From the NCBI GenBank assembly GCA_049472335.1, contig JBLIRO010000015.1, forward strand, positions 1 through 64,000: a stretch of DNA of 64,000 nucleotides, written 5' to 3'. The stretch comes from a bacterium. Its GTDB lineage: Bacteria > SZUA-182 > DTGQ01 > JAFGSM01. A model generated the notes under the pieces. That model was given only the letters and a program-made list of their open reading frames with translations. It was not told the origin of the DNA and searched no databases. Below are positions 13,101-19,827 of this stretch, in pieces. Made by a program: the position numbers and the translations under genes. How positions within the stretch are numbered: position 1 is the stretch's first letter; every line of letters begins with the position of its first letter.

Positions 13101-15555
13101 GTTGCTCATTAAATCTGCTTTCGATACCGGAACTAATAAGTTCGAGAAACTTTTTGAAGATCTGGACGAGGCAGAGACCGAACGTCTGCTGACCAATCTT
13201 GATCCTGACAAGTTTTATCCTGTGTACGGAGATGAGAGCAAGGTGACATACGACACCGAAAGCCAGGGGAAATTTTATCTTGCTCTGGATTTTCATGACA
13301 TGCATGTTCTGGTGGGAAACTATCCTTTACAGTATAACGATACGGAGCTTGCGGCTTATCAACGGACCCTTTTTGGATTTCAATTTCTCTTTAGGTCGCT
13401 TTCCCGTACAAAGTATGGTCAGCCTGACACGGTTGTAGCATTGTTCTTAGCCGAAACCCGACATATACACGTGCGGGATCATTTGCGTGCTACAGGGGGA
13501 TCTGTTTACTTCCTAAGCCATCAGGACGTGATCGAAGGGAGTGAACAGGTGACCCTGGAACTGCGTGATAAGGACACCGGATTGATTTTGTCAAGGGTCT
13601 CCCAACAGCAGAATGTGGATTACACCATTAAATATGAAGAGGGCCGGATCCTTTTTAATCGGCCGCTTTCCAGTGTTTTAGAAGATGAGAGGCTTGTGGA
13701 TCAGGCCATGCTTTCAGGCAATCCCGTGTTTATCCAGGTTGATTATGAAACCCGTGTGGATGCCTTTGAAAAGGCGGCGGGTGGTATCAGGGTCCGGCAG
13801 CAGATTACCGATCACTTAGGAGTTGGTGTAACCCTGATAGATGATGAGACGGAATTAGGGGAATATGAATTAGAAGGTGTGGACACTGAGGTCAGGTTTG
13901 GTAAGAATACAAGGATTGTAGGCGAATATGCCGAAAGCTCAGGTACGGACTCCCTCGCCTTCGAGAGTGAGGATGGAGGATTGACATATATGGAAAAAAC
14001 TCCCGGTTTCCTGGAGGAAGGGAAGGCGTGGAAGATTGGAGCCGATATGGATATAGGGGAATGGTTTGGAGCGCCTGACCGTATTCAGTTAGGAGGATAT
14101 CTCAAGAGGCTTGAGCCGGGATTTCTCTCCAGTGGAAATTACTCCGAGGCAGGGACAAAGAAGTATGGAGCAAAGATGAAGCTGCAGCTTACCAAAAAGG
14201 ACAAGATACTCGCGCGTCTTGATCGTGAGGAGCTTGACGATGCCGGACTTGCAGAGGCAAAAGAATCCGATATGGGCACATTGCAGTGGCATCATGAACA
14301 GAGTAAATGGTCACTTACAGGGGAGTATCAGGTCCGACAGTCCAGGGATGTCAACGGCACTTCCATAGAGGACTCCGGTTTTGCAGCAGCAAGGTTCCGC
14401 TATAGACCCTTTGACAGGCTGACTGCAGAGATGGAGCATCAACAGACAATCACAGGCCCGCAAAACAATCAGACTATGCTGGGCACGGAATACCAGATAA
14501 ACTCTGTTTTGTCATTCAAGGCAAGCGGAACCACCGGGAGTCTGGGTAATTCACTCCAGGGCGGGACAGTCCTTAATCTCGACACAGGACGTCTTTACCT
14601 TACTGAACGCTTGTCCGATGATCAGAGCGGCCATGCTACATCCACAGTTTTTGGTGCGGAGAGGGCCATAGGGCCGGAGAGCAAGGTATACTCAGAGTAC
14701 CAATGGGAACATTCCGACAATGAGGGTCGTGCTTTATCCGTTATGGGTGCTCAATGGCAGAAGGATTTGACCAAAGGTTTCACATTCCTTCTTGGGGGCG
14801 AATATACAGAAATAGATTCGAACCCACAGGCACTGAGCCGCCATACTATTACAACAGGAATAACATTCGCTCATCCTGCCGGGATTAAGGTGTCAACTCG
14901 GGACGAAGTGCGCAAGGAGAATGGGAACAATAAATTAACACAATTTTTGACATCAAACCGGATCGAATTGAAACTCAATCCAGAATTCACCCTTTTGGGC
15001 AAATACCGCTACAGCAAGACAAAAAATGAAATCACGGGAGACACAGAAGCCAGATTTGAGGAACGCAGTATCGGTCTTGCTTTCCGGCCGGTGAGGAATG
15101 ATCGGTTTAATGCCCTCACCAGATACACACAGTTGACCGACAAGAGCCCCCTGGATATTACTGAGACTGAGGCATTTGAGACAAAGAAGGATGTCGCCTC
15201 TCTGGAAACATCGCTGGATTCCAGATACATGGAGTGGGTGAGCAAGGGAGCGGCAAAGCTTAAACTGGAAAAAACAATCGACGGAGATTCCATGAAGACG
15301 CATACCTATCTGATGATCCAGCGGTTGAATTTTCATGTCTGGAAACGGATCGATTTTGGTACCGAATACCGGATACTCCTCCAAAACGAATCGGATGATA
15401 GCCGTGAGGGATGGCTGACGGAATTTACCTGGGAGGCTGTTGAACACCTCCGTCTGGGTGTGGGATTCAATTTTACCGATTTCTCGGATAATGAATTTTC
15501 AGAGAATGATTATTCTGTTTATGGATGGTTCTTTAGAATACAAGGGAAATATTGA
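1171..15555 (+). CDS. Giant surface/outer-membrane protein: signal peptide, 26 Calx-beta-like repeats, invasin-type Ig (Big_1-like), DUF11, SdrD-B-like, OmpA-like PG-binding domain, Ig domains, C-terminal beta-barrel
   Basis: Repeats contain ITVxDDxIDExDETVIVTM and end ATITDND. STVTVDPSIVVADG is Big_1-like; LEITKTANKTSVVVGDIVTY is DUF11-like; GKVFEDRNLDG is SdrD-B-like; IDGYTDSTG..NLELSKKRA..NRRIEI is OmpA-like; amphipathic strands end FFRIQGKY. Confidence 0.85.
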   Translation: MKVKIIDYVHNKRNFFCLKLKTLIPLLIYTIFISFFLIGSVISASAEPEVNWTIASQNRTEDVGIMTVTAQLSETSLLDVIVPFSISGTAGFNDYTITPSPVVIPAGLFWANITITVMDDSIDEYGETVIVTMGSPINATKGAIDEHTATITDNDAQPVVNWTAGSQSGPEGVGIMTIIVQLSAVSGLNVTVPFSISGMATDPDDYTITGSPVLIPAGSLSTNIIITVAEDSIDENDETVIVTMDAPTNATQGGIDVHTATITDNDPQPVVNWTAGSQISAEDVGTMTITAQLSAVSGLNVTVPFFISGTATNPDDYTISGSPIIIPAGSLSTNITITVEDDSIDENDETVIVTMVAPTNAIKGSTDEHTATITDNDAQPVVNWTSASQSRTEGVGVMIVTAQLSAVSGLNVTVPFSVSGMATNPDDYTITGSPIIIPAGSVSTNIIIPVVDDSTDENDETVIVTMGSPTNATKGPLEEHTATITDNDDQPEVNWTAGSQSRTEGVGTMTVTAQLSSTSAFDVTIPFSISGTAQDPDDYSSTASPVFIPAGSPSANITITVVDDAFDENNETVIITMGVPTNATKGSTNIHTATIVDNDASPEINWTAGSQNEAESVGTMTITAQLSAISELDVTIPYNISGTATNPDDFSITGSPIMIPAGSLTTNITITVTDDSIDENDETVIVTMGAPTNATQGPIDVHTAAITDNDAQPVVNWTSASQSGAEGVGTMTITAQLSAISGLNVTVPYSVSGTATNPDDYTITGSPVMIAAGTLSTNITITVTDDGIDENDETVIVTMGAPTNAIQGGTNVHTATITDNDAQPIVNWTSASQSGAEGVGTMTITAQLSAVSGLNVTVPYSVSGMATNPDDFTITGSPVMIPAGTLSTNITITVTDDGIDENDETVIVTMGAPTNATQGAIDVHTATITDNDAQPVVSWTSASQSGAEGVGTMTITAQLSAVSGLNVTVPYSVSGTATNPDDFTITGSPVMIPAGTLSTNITITVADDGIDENDETVIVTMGAPTNATQGGTNVHTATITDNDAQPVVNWTAGSQSGAEGVGMMTITAQLSAVSGLNVTIPFTVSGTAADPDDYTITGSPIMIAAGTLSTDITITVADDSIDENNETIIVTMSAPTNATQGGTNVHTATITDNDAQPVVNWTAGSQSGAEGVGTMTIMAQLSAVSGLNVTIPFTVSGTAADPDDYTITGSPIMIAAGTLSTNITITVADDGIDENDETVILTMGAPTNATQGPIDVHTATITDNDAQPVVIWTSASQSGAEGVGTMTITAQLSAISGLNVTVPYSVSGTASNPDDYTITGSPVMISAGTLSTNITITVADDGIYENDETVIVTMGAPTNATQGAIDVHTATITDNDAQPVVIWTSASQSGAEGVGTMTITAQLSAVSGLNVTIPFSVSGTASNPDDYTITGSPVMIPAGMLSTNITITVADDGIYENDETVIVTMGAPTNSAQGPIDVHTATITDNDAQPVVSWTTGSQSRAESIGTMTITAQLSTVSGLNVTVPFSISGTATNPDDYTITASPIIIPAGSLSANLIVTVVDDIIDEGDETVIVTMGAPTNATKGGTDVHTATINDNNAQPVVNWTAGSQSRGESIGTITITAQLSVVSGLNVTIPFTVSGTATDPDDYTITGSPVMIPAGTLTTNITITVADDSIDENDETVIVTMGAPTNATQGAIDVHTATIIDNEAQPVVNWTEVNQTGDEGIGTMTITAQLSVVSGLDVTVPFNVSGTPTDPNNYTITASPVTIPAGTLSTSVTITVVDDNIDENDNTIIVTIDSPTNATTGVTDVHTAIITDNDLPPEVNWTAGSQSGAEGAGTMTITAQLSTISGLNVTIPFSVSGTATNPDDYTITGSSIMIPARSLSRNITITVVDDGIDENDETVIVTMGAPTNGIQGGTNIHTATITDNDAQPEVNWTAGSQSGAEDAGTMTITAQLSGVSGLNVTLPFIVSGTATDPDDYTITGSPVVIPAGTLTTNVIITVADDGIDENDETVIVTMGAPTNATQGPTNLHSATITDNDAQPVVSWATGSQSSSEGVGTMTITAQLSAVSGLNVTIPFSISGTAADPDDYTITGSPVVIAAGMLTTDITITIADDSIDENDETVIVTMGAPTNATQGGTVVHTSTITDNDAQPVVNWTAGGQSGAEGVGTMTITAQLSAVSGLNVTIPFTVSGTAADPDDYTITGSPVMIAAGTLSTNITITVTDDSIDENDETVIVAMGVPVNATQGVTDEHTVNIMDNDTQPEVNWTIISQNRTESVGTMTITARLSFTSGLDVTIPFSVSGPATDPDDYTITDTPVIIPAGSISTNITITVTDDGIDEDDETVIVTMGAPTNAVKGATDVHTAIITDNDAQAEVNWTAGSQSGAEGVGTMTITAQLSSVSGLDVYVPFSISGTGIDPNDYTITASPIFIPSGSLSADITITLVDDEINENDENIILNMGAPINAIQGSTNVHTATIIDNDAQPEVNWTAGSQSGDEGVGTMTITVELSEVSGLDVTIPFIVSGIPTDPNNYTITGSPVTIPAGSLSADITITVVDDGIDENDGTIIVTMGTPVNATQGATSVHTATIIDNDAQPEVNWTTGSQSGDEGVGTMTITAQLSEVSGLDVTIPFNVSGIPTDPNNYTITGSPVTIPAGSLSADITITVVDDGIDENDGTIIVTMGTPVNATQGATNIHTATIIDNDAQPEVNWTTGSQSRTEGVGTMTITAQLSEVSGLDVTIPFNVSGIPIDPNNYTITGSPVTIPAGSLSADITITVVDDGIDENDGTIIVTMGTPVNATQGATSVHTATIIDNDAQPEVGWTTGSQEEAENTGITTVTAELSTVSGLEVIVPFSLSGSATSPADYTITASPVTIPAGSLSANITITVADDSIDENDETVIITMGSPTNATQGVTNVHTFTIADNDMAGVTITESGGSTDVQEGGAEDTYDLVLDSMPVSDVTITLTPDIQTTVNPASLVFTPANWNISQQITVTAVDDTLDEGPHVSVIIHAADSADPEYNAPPFNGSGNPYPLTVNITDNDLVNPSNSTVTVDPSIVVADGTAFSTITVTLRDKNGLPVSGKIIMLESDRGVIDNIAQPSSPTDVNGVAVGRISSDSFGFATITATNTTDGIVIPEQPQVTFAQNAALEITKTANKTSVVVGDIVTYHIVIRNTLSNDAVQVRLHDLIPPNFKYIKGSVRLNGVSMTDPSGNQSLIFDMGTVSALADSNGNGYADPEEPGYLVLDYQLIVGSGASPGEYHNTAVVRDVCGTYNISNQSEVPITVTLDPVFDLGTIIGKVFEDRNLDGLQGPDEPGIEGITVVLDDGAYVLTDEHGRYHFPAVKPGHRMLKINLNDQWERGMTATEDSHVVWVTPGILAKANFGVSVSKQTESIGRDPEYGLILTGEININSSMLLGSVETLTLSMNGQIVDLPGCDIRMGGKRIEEVVEIRGFQPDEPVLFYTKVDVPEKIKKWSIKIINDEGGVIRTITGNGKPTEIIYWNRRNEAGHLLEGGEIYQYQMEVEYTEGSYATSARRLFTVRQINTISIGLTGGAFEIDSSELSMEARKALKEIAEMLRKYPDEKIAIDGYTDSTGTDKHNLELSKKRAESALSYLVNQEGIPESRMEIGFYGEFNPVASNDSPEGRELNRRIEINGSFKEVWEAKIHNQYRTDPKILIDKLSLKVDQYGRFQTELKRKNGEEIDVEMSNAQGKSIRTRILIPPFEILKPAGDLKLAYGSIKDGNRVNHPPDSGQWGKDDVTMVYLITGRTDPGNIVELENRPVVVEPDGNFSVYVDLKLGKNIFGSMVKDPSGCTTLANLILMVKDKDESGSKIIVVDPVPRLTVNLPPGGSNLTSTIFSISGNTDPANKILVNEKPVPLESDGSFTYTVQLPEEKGRLAVKVEDPQGYSGSIERDVKVKKNHLFFLAFADGKVGMLHGRGHLQGAGMDEKTEFFTEGRVAYYLKGVIAGKLLIKSAFDTGTNKFEKLFEDLDEAETERLLTNLDPDKFYPVYGDESKVTYDTESQGKFYLALDFHDMHVLVGNYPLQYNDTELAAYQRTLFGFQFLFRSLSRTKYGQPDTVVALFLAETRHIHVRDHLRATGGSVYFLSHQDVIEGSEQVTLELRDKDTGLILSRVSQQQNVDYTIKYEEGRILFNRPLSSVLEDERLVDQAMLSGNPVFIQVDYETRVDAFEKAAGGIRVRQQITDHLGVGVTLIDDETELGEYELEGVDTEVRFGKNTRIVGEYAESSGTDSLAFESEDGGLTYMEKTPGFLEEGKAWKIGADMDIGEWFGAPDRIQLGGYLKRLEPGFLSSGNYSEAGTKKYGAKMKLQLTKKDKILARLDREELDDAGLAEAKESDMGTLQWHHEQSKWSLTGEYQVRQSRDVNGTSIEDSGFAAARFRYRPFDRLTAEMEHQQTITGPQNNQTMLGTEYQINSVLSFKASGTTGSLGNSLQGGTVLNLDTGRLYLTERLSDDQSGHATSTVFGAERAIGPESKVYSEYQWEHSDNEGRALSVMGAQWQKDLTKGFTFLLGGEYTEIDSNPQALSRHTITTGITFAHPAGIKVSTRDEVRKENGNNKLTQFLTSNRIELKLNPEFTLLGKYRYSKTKNEITGDTEARFEERSIGLAFRPVRNDRFNALTRYTQLTDKSPLDITETEAFETKKDVASLETSLDSRYMEWVSKGAAKLKLEKTIDGDSMKTHTYLMIQRLNFHVWKRIDFGTEYRILLQNESDDSREGWLTEFTWEAVEHLRLGVGFNFTDFSDNEFSENDYSVYGWFFRIQGKY
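1312..9960 (+). repeat. 26 x 333-bp intragenic tandem repeat (111-aa Calx-beta-like units)
   Basis: 26 P(E/V)VxW(T/A)xxSQ-type unit starts counted in the translation, spaced about 111 aa apart. Confidence 0.9.
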
Positions 15556-15562
15556 TTCAGGT

Positions 15563-16858
15563 ATGTTTATAAGATATATCAAATCTGTGGTGGGAAGTTT
15601 TCTTGAAGCAAGTATTGTCGTTTTGACGGTCCTTGTATTTTTCTGCCTTTTTCTTATTCTTCTGAATTTCATATTTCCGTCAGGGACTTCTCTCAAAGAA
15701 ATGGTAAATTACGATGGAATGTCGACCTTAAGAAGTCTTTCAAGATCTTCACTTAATGAGCTTCAGATTGAAGACGCCGGGGATATGACAAGTGTAATCG
15801 CCGCTCTTGCACAAAAACAGAACAATGTAAAGGCAAAACGTGCCGGAGCGATCGCCTGGAAACAAGCTAATAGAGGGATGAGTTTATATAGCAGGGACTC
15901 TATCCAAACCTTTAAAGAATCATCGGCCCTGATAACGCTGGACGGTGATAATGAGATTAAGATGGGGGAAAATTCCCTGATAATAATCAAGTCTCTGGAG
16001 CCGGACCCTTTTCTGGGTAAAAGATCGGTTTTGGAAATGGCCGATGGAAAACTTAGGGGCAGGATAAAAGGGGACACAAAGGATTCATTCAAAGTGGAAA
16101 TAAACACACCCAGTTCGGTGACTAGGGTGAAATCGGCGGAAGGCACAGACACAAAGACGAATTTTATGATTACCGTAAATCCCGACAAATCCTCAACGGT
16201 TACTGTTTATGAAGGTGTCGCGGAAGTGGCTGCTCAGGGCCGGGTAGTTCTGGTGGAGAAAAATAGCGGTATTACTGTGAACCCGGGGGAAGCCCCATCA
16301 TCTCCTAAACCGTTACTGCCCTCACCAATCTTATCCGGGCCTGTTGAAGGAGATATATTTTATTACAGGGATCTTCCTCCCCGTATTCAGTTTACCTGGA
16401 GCGCTTTAGCAGGAGCTGAATCATATCACTTTGTGCTGGCAAAAGACCCTGATTTTCGGCAGGTGATAGAGGATAACGACCTTTTTGAGCCTGACTTTAT
16501 GCACGGCAACCTGAAAGAGGGGGAATATTACTGGAAGGTAAGCGGAAAAGAAGATGGCAGGGAAGGCTTGTTTAGTGAAGCAAGGTATATCAAGATTGTG
16601 GAGGATTGTAAGGGCCCCATGCTAAGTGTCAGGTTTCCCGATGAAATAAATAGACATGCTCAGGATATTGTCCTGACAGGAACAACCGAGCCCAGTGCCG
16701 CCGTATTTGTTCAGGGCAAACAAATCCTGACTAATAAATCCGGAAGATTCACCCACACTATTCATCTGGAGCCTGGTATCAATGTGATTGTGGTTGAGTC
16801 TGTGGATGCCGCCGGTAATATAACATATAAGTCACGTATTCTAAATAGAGGATTTTGA
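15563..16858 (+). CDS. Membrane-anchored FecR-domain protein with FN3-like and C-terminal Ig-like domains
   Basis: ATG 7 nt after the upstream stop; TM helix IVVLTVLVFFCLFLILLNFIF; FecR-like DSIQT..SALITL..GENSLI..INTPSS..TVTVYEGVAEV; FN3-like FTWSA..YHF..GEYYWKV. Confidence 0.8.
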   Translation: MFIRYIKSVVGSFLEASIVVLTVLVFFCLFLILLNFIFPSGTSLKEMVNYDGMSTLRSLSRSSLNELQIEDAGDMTSVIAALAQKQNNVKAKRAGAIAWKQANRGMSLYSRDSIQTFKESSALITLDGDNEIKMGENSLIIIKSLEPDPFLGKRSVLEMADGKLRGRIKGDTKDSFKVEINTPSSVTRVKSAEGTDTKTNFMITVNPDKSSTVTVYEGVAEVAAQGRVVLVEKNSGITVNPGEAPSSPKPLLPSPILSGPVEGDIFYYRDLPPRIQFTWSALAGAESYHFVLAKDPDFRQVIEDNDLFEPDFMHGNLKEGEYYWKVSGKEDGREGLFSEARYIKIVEDCKGPMLSVRFPDEINRHAQDIVLTGTTEPSAAVFVQGKQILTNKSGRFTHTIHLEPGINVIVVESVDAAGNITYKSRILNRGF

Positions 16859-16861
16859 TAC

Positions 16862-18694
16862 ATGAAAAGGAAGTCTTTACAAAAGGGATTTTATTTCCCT
16901 CTAAGATTCAAGATACTCATCTCGGTATTGATCGTCGTTACAGTTGTAGTCGGTGTCATAACCTTCAGAATGGCAAAACTCTTTCATAACGACAAAAAAG
17001 ACTGGATTCATCAGTTTGCTTCGATGACCGCGCTTCATACATCGCAGGAAACCCGCACAATCTTCGACGCGTTTCACGAAAGGCTGCAGGTATTTGGCCG
17101 GCTCCTTTACGATGACCAGCTTATATATGAACAGAAAAAAAGATTGATCAAGATGATCTTTGAGGACTTTCACGAGTTTGTTGCAGTTACTATCTATGAG
17201 GACGGAAAAGAGCTCTTCACGATCCAGGACATGAAGATGCTCAATGAAGCCCGTTTGGCTAAAGAGGATTTTATTATATTTAGGACAAAACATCCCCTAC
17301 CTTTTGACAGGATCCAATCCGGACAGGTTTTTGTTAGAAACTCCACAATGTCCGAGAAGCTGCCGACCATGACCCTTGCGGTTCCTTTTGACTCTCCCGA
17401 CGGGAAGAGTGTGTCAGTGGTAGCGGCAGTGGTCTGCCTTGAAAGCCTGCTGCGCGTGGTTGAAAGGTCGGACAAATTAAATCCTTTTCTTGTTGATGAC
17501 GAAGGGATCATCCTGGCGGATACCGATTACCAGAAAGTGATCCGCCGCACCCCTGTGGACTTGCCCCACAAGCTCGATAGCCTTGATAAAAAACTGAGCC
17601 TGGCCAAGGTCTTTACCATAGAATATATCCAGGAAGGTGTGGAGATGGTGGGGGGCTTTGCCAGGGTGGATTTCGGCAATATTCTTGTCCGTGTTCAAGT
17701 CCCTAAGAGCACGGCATACTCGATTGCCAAACAAAAGCTGAAAGACGTAATTTTGGTCTCACTGATTATACTCACTGTGTTTGCGATCTTAAGCCTCTTT
17801 TGGTCACACAGGATTACACGCCCGATAGAAAAGCTTTCCGTTGCAACCGATATTATGGGGAAAGGGCAATTTGACATCAAGATCGATATAAAATCCCGTG
17901 ATGAGATAGGAAATCTGGCTGATTCATTTAACAAGATGGCCACAGAACTCAAGACCCGGGAAGAAGCGCTTCAACAGACTCAGACCCAGTTGATCTACTC
18001 TGAGAAGATGGTGGCCTTTGGACAGTTGGGCGCCGGAATTGCCCATGAAATAAAAAATCCCCTGGCCGGCATCCTCGGTTACACACAATTGTCTTTAAGG
18101 AAGGTGGAAAAGGGTGATCCCCTCTATAATAACCTGACTATTATAGAGAAGGAGACGAAAAGATGCAAATCTATTATAGAAAATCTATTGAAATTCACAC
18201 GACAGGAGAAGGTAAGGTTTGGGCCTATTGAAATTAATAATGTGGTGCAAGATGCCATTGCGATTGTGGACCATCAACTTGGGATTAACCAGATAAGGCT
18301 TGAGAAGGAATTAGCTACGGATCTCCCTGAAATAATGGGCAATGCGAACCAGATACAGCAGGTGCTCATGAATATCCTTATCAATGCTCAGCAGGCCATG
18401 GAGGGTAGACCGGGATTGGTGAAGATTAAAACTTTCGCTAATAACGGGCATATTACAGTTAAAATAAGTGACAATGGACCGGGCATCCCGGAGGAGTTTT
18501 TGACAAAACTTTTCGAACCCTTTTTCACCACCAAACCAGTGGGAAAAGGAACCGGGCTCGGGCTCTCTGTTAGTTACGGGATAATAAGGGATCATGGCGG
18601 CGACATCCTTGTGGAAAGCGAACCGGGAAAAGGGGCCACATTTGTGATTAAGTTTCCTTTAAAAGACTCAAACAAACAAATTCATTCCTGTTAG
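16862..18694 (+). CDS. Sensor histidine kinase (2 TM, Cache-like periplasmic region, HAMP, HisKA, HATPase)
   Basis: HAMP SRDEIGNLADSFNKM; H-box IAHEIKNPL; N box NILINA; DNGPG; FFTTK; GTGLGL. Confidence 0.95.
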   Translation: MKRKSLQKGFYFPLRFKILISVLIVVTVVVGVITFRMAKLFHNDKKDWIHQFASMTALHTSQETRTIFDAFHERLQVFGRLLYDDQLIYEQKKRLIKMIFEDFHEFVAVTIYEDGKELFTIQDMKMLNEARLAKEDFIIFRTKHPLPFDRIQSGQVFVRNSTMSEKLPTMTLAVPFDSPDGKSVSVVAAVVCLESLLRVVERSDKLNPFLVDDEGIILADTDYQKVIRRTPVDLPHKLDSLDKKLSLAKVFTIEYIQEGVEMVGGFARVDFGNILVRVQVPKSTAYSIAKQKLKDVILVSLIILTVFAILSLFWSHRITRPIEKLSVATDIMGKGQFDIKIDIKSRDEIGNLADSFNKMATELKTREEALQQTQTQLIYSEKMVAFGQLGAGIAHEIKNPLAGILGYTQLSLRKVEKGDPLYNNLTIIEKETKRCKSIIENLLKFTRQEKVRFGPIEINNVVQDAIAIVDHQLGINQIRLEKELATDLPEIMGNANQIQQVLMNILINAQQAMEGRPGLVKIKTFANNGHITVKISDNGPGIPEEFLTKLFEPFFTTKPVGKGTGLGLSVSYGIIRDHGGDILVESEPGKGATFVIKFPLKDSNKQIHSC

Positions 18695-18797
18695 AAAGAA
18701 ATAAGGCTTAAGCCTGAAAAAAAGAGAGTTTTATCATAATTGGAGAAACCCAGGATCCCTGTATTTGATGAAGAGGGAAAACCGGGGATGAAAGGAG

Positions 18798-19745
18798 ATG
18801 GAAACTAATATGCGTATTCTGGTTGTGGATGATGAGGAGGCAATAGGTAGTATTCTATCTCAGATTCTCATTAAGGATGGACATGAGGTAACAGCGGTTT
18901 CAAACGGAGAAAGGGCCCTTCAGATTTTCAGGGAAGAACCGTGCCCTGTAGTCATTTCGGATATCATGATGGAGGGGATGAGCGGGATCGATCTCCTGAA
19001 GGAGATCAAGCAGCTCAGCTCAGAGACACAGGTGTTGATGATAACCGGCTATCCGGCTATAGAAACGGTTATTTCAGCCATGCAGATAGGAGCATATGAT
19101 TATATTATCAAGCCCTTTAAAGATATTGATCTGATAAGGGCTACAGTAAACCGCGCCATCGAAAAGGCACGCTTCATTAATGAAAATCATAATCTGGCGG
19201 AGATACTCAAAGAGAACAAGAATGAGCTGGATCGCCTGAGAGAGGCTTTTTGGGAGAAGGCAATTCAGGATGATCTTACAGGTTTGCATAGCTATCGTTA
19301 CTTCCATGATACCTTCTCAGCAGAAATCCTTCGTTGTCGCAGGCATGAGAATGTCTTTTCCTTGCTCCTTGTAGACCTGGATTTTTTCAGTTCTTATAAC
19401 AGGGCTCATGGGAAATCGGAGGGTGACAATGTGCTTCGAGAGCTGGCAAATATACTTAAAAAGCGCTTGAGAAGATCGGATGTGCTTGCTCGTTATGGAG
19501 GTGATGAGTTTGCCATTCTTCTTCCGGAAACAAAAAAGGAAGACGCCAGGGCCCTTGCCGAGGAAATCTGCGAGCTTGTTGAAAACCATCCCTTTCAGGG
19601 AAGCAATACAACCCCGGAGAGGAATTTCACTGTGACCATAGGCGTTGCCTCTTTTCCTGAGGACGGTGAAGATATGGGCTCCTTGACAAAGGAAATGATG
19701 ATTCCCTGTATCGGTCAAAAGAAGCGGGTGAAGGAGCTATGTTAA
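18798..19745 (+). CDS. REC-GGDEF protein, degenerate, with frameshifted C-terminus
   Basis: ILVVDDE..ISDIMM..KP receiver; RRSD I-site; RYGGDEF; last helix is found in the -1 frame. Confidence 0.8.
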   Translation: METNMRILVVDDEEAIGSILSQILIKDGHEVTAVSNGERALQIFREEPCPVVISDIMMEGMSGIDLLKEIKQLSSETQVLMITGYPAIETVISAMQIGAYDYIIKPFKDIDLIRATVNRAIEKARFINENHNLAEILKENKNELDRLREAFWEKAIQDDLTGLHSYRYFHDTFSAEILRCRRHENVFSLLLVDLDFFSSYNRAHGKSEGDNVLRELANILKKRLRRSDVLARYGGDEFAILLPETKKEDARALAEEICELVENHPFQGSNTTPERNFTVTIGVASFPEDGEDMGSLTKEMMIPCIGQKKRVKELC

Positions 19746-19827
19746 TAGATTTTGAATCAAGGGGTATTAAAGGCCATGGACTTTTATGTCCTGAAGGATT
19801 TGTAAATCTAAAAAGGGTAATAAATCA

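Noticed and set aside
15440..15562. TTG-start N-terminal extension of the FecR gene
   Set aside because: Overlaps the adhesin C-terminus by over 100 nt; ATG 15563 is more plausible
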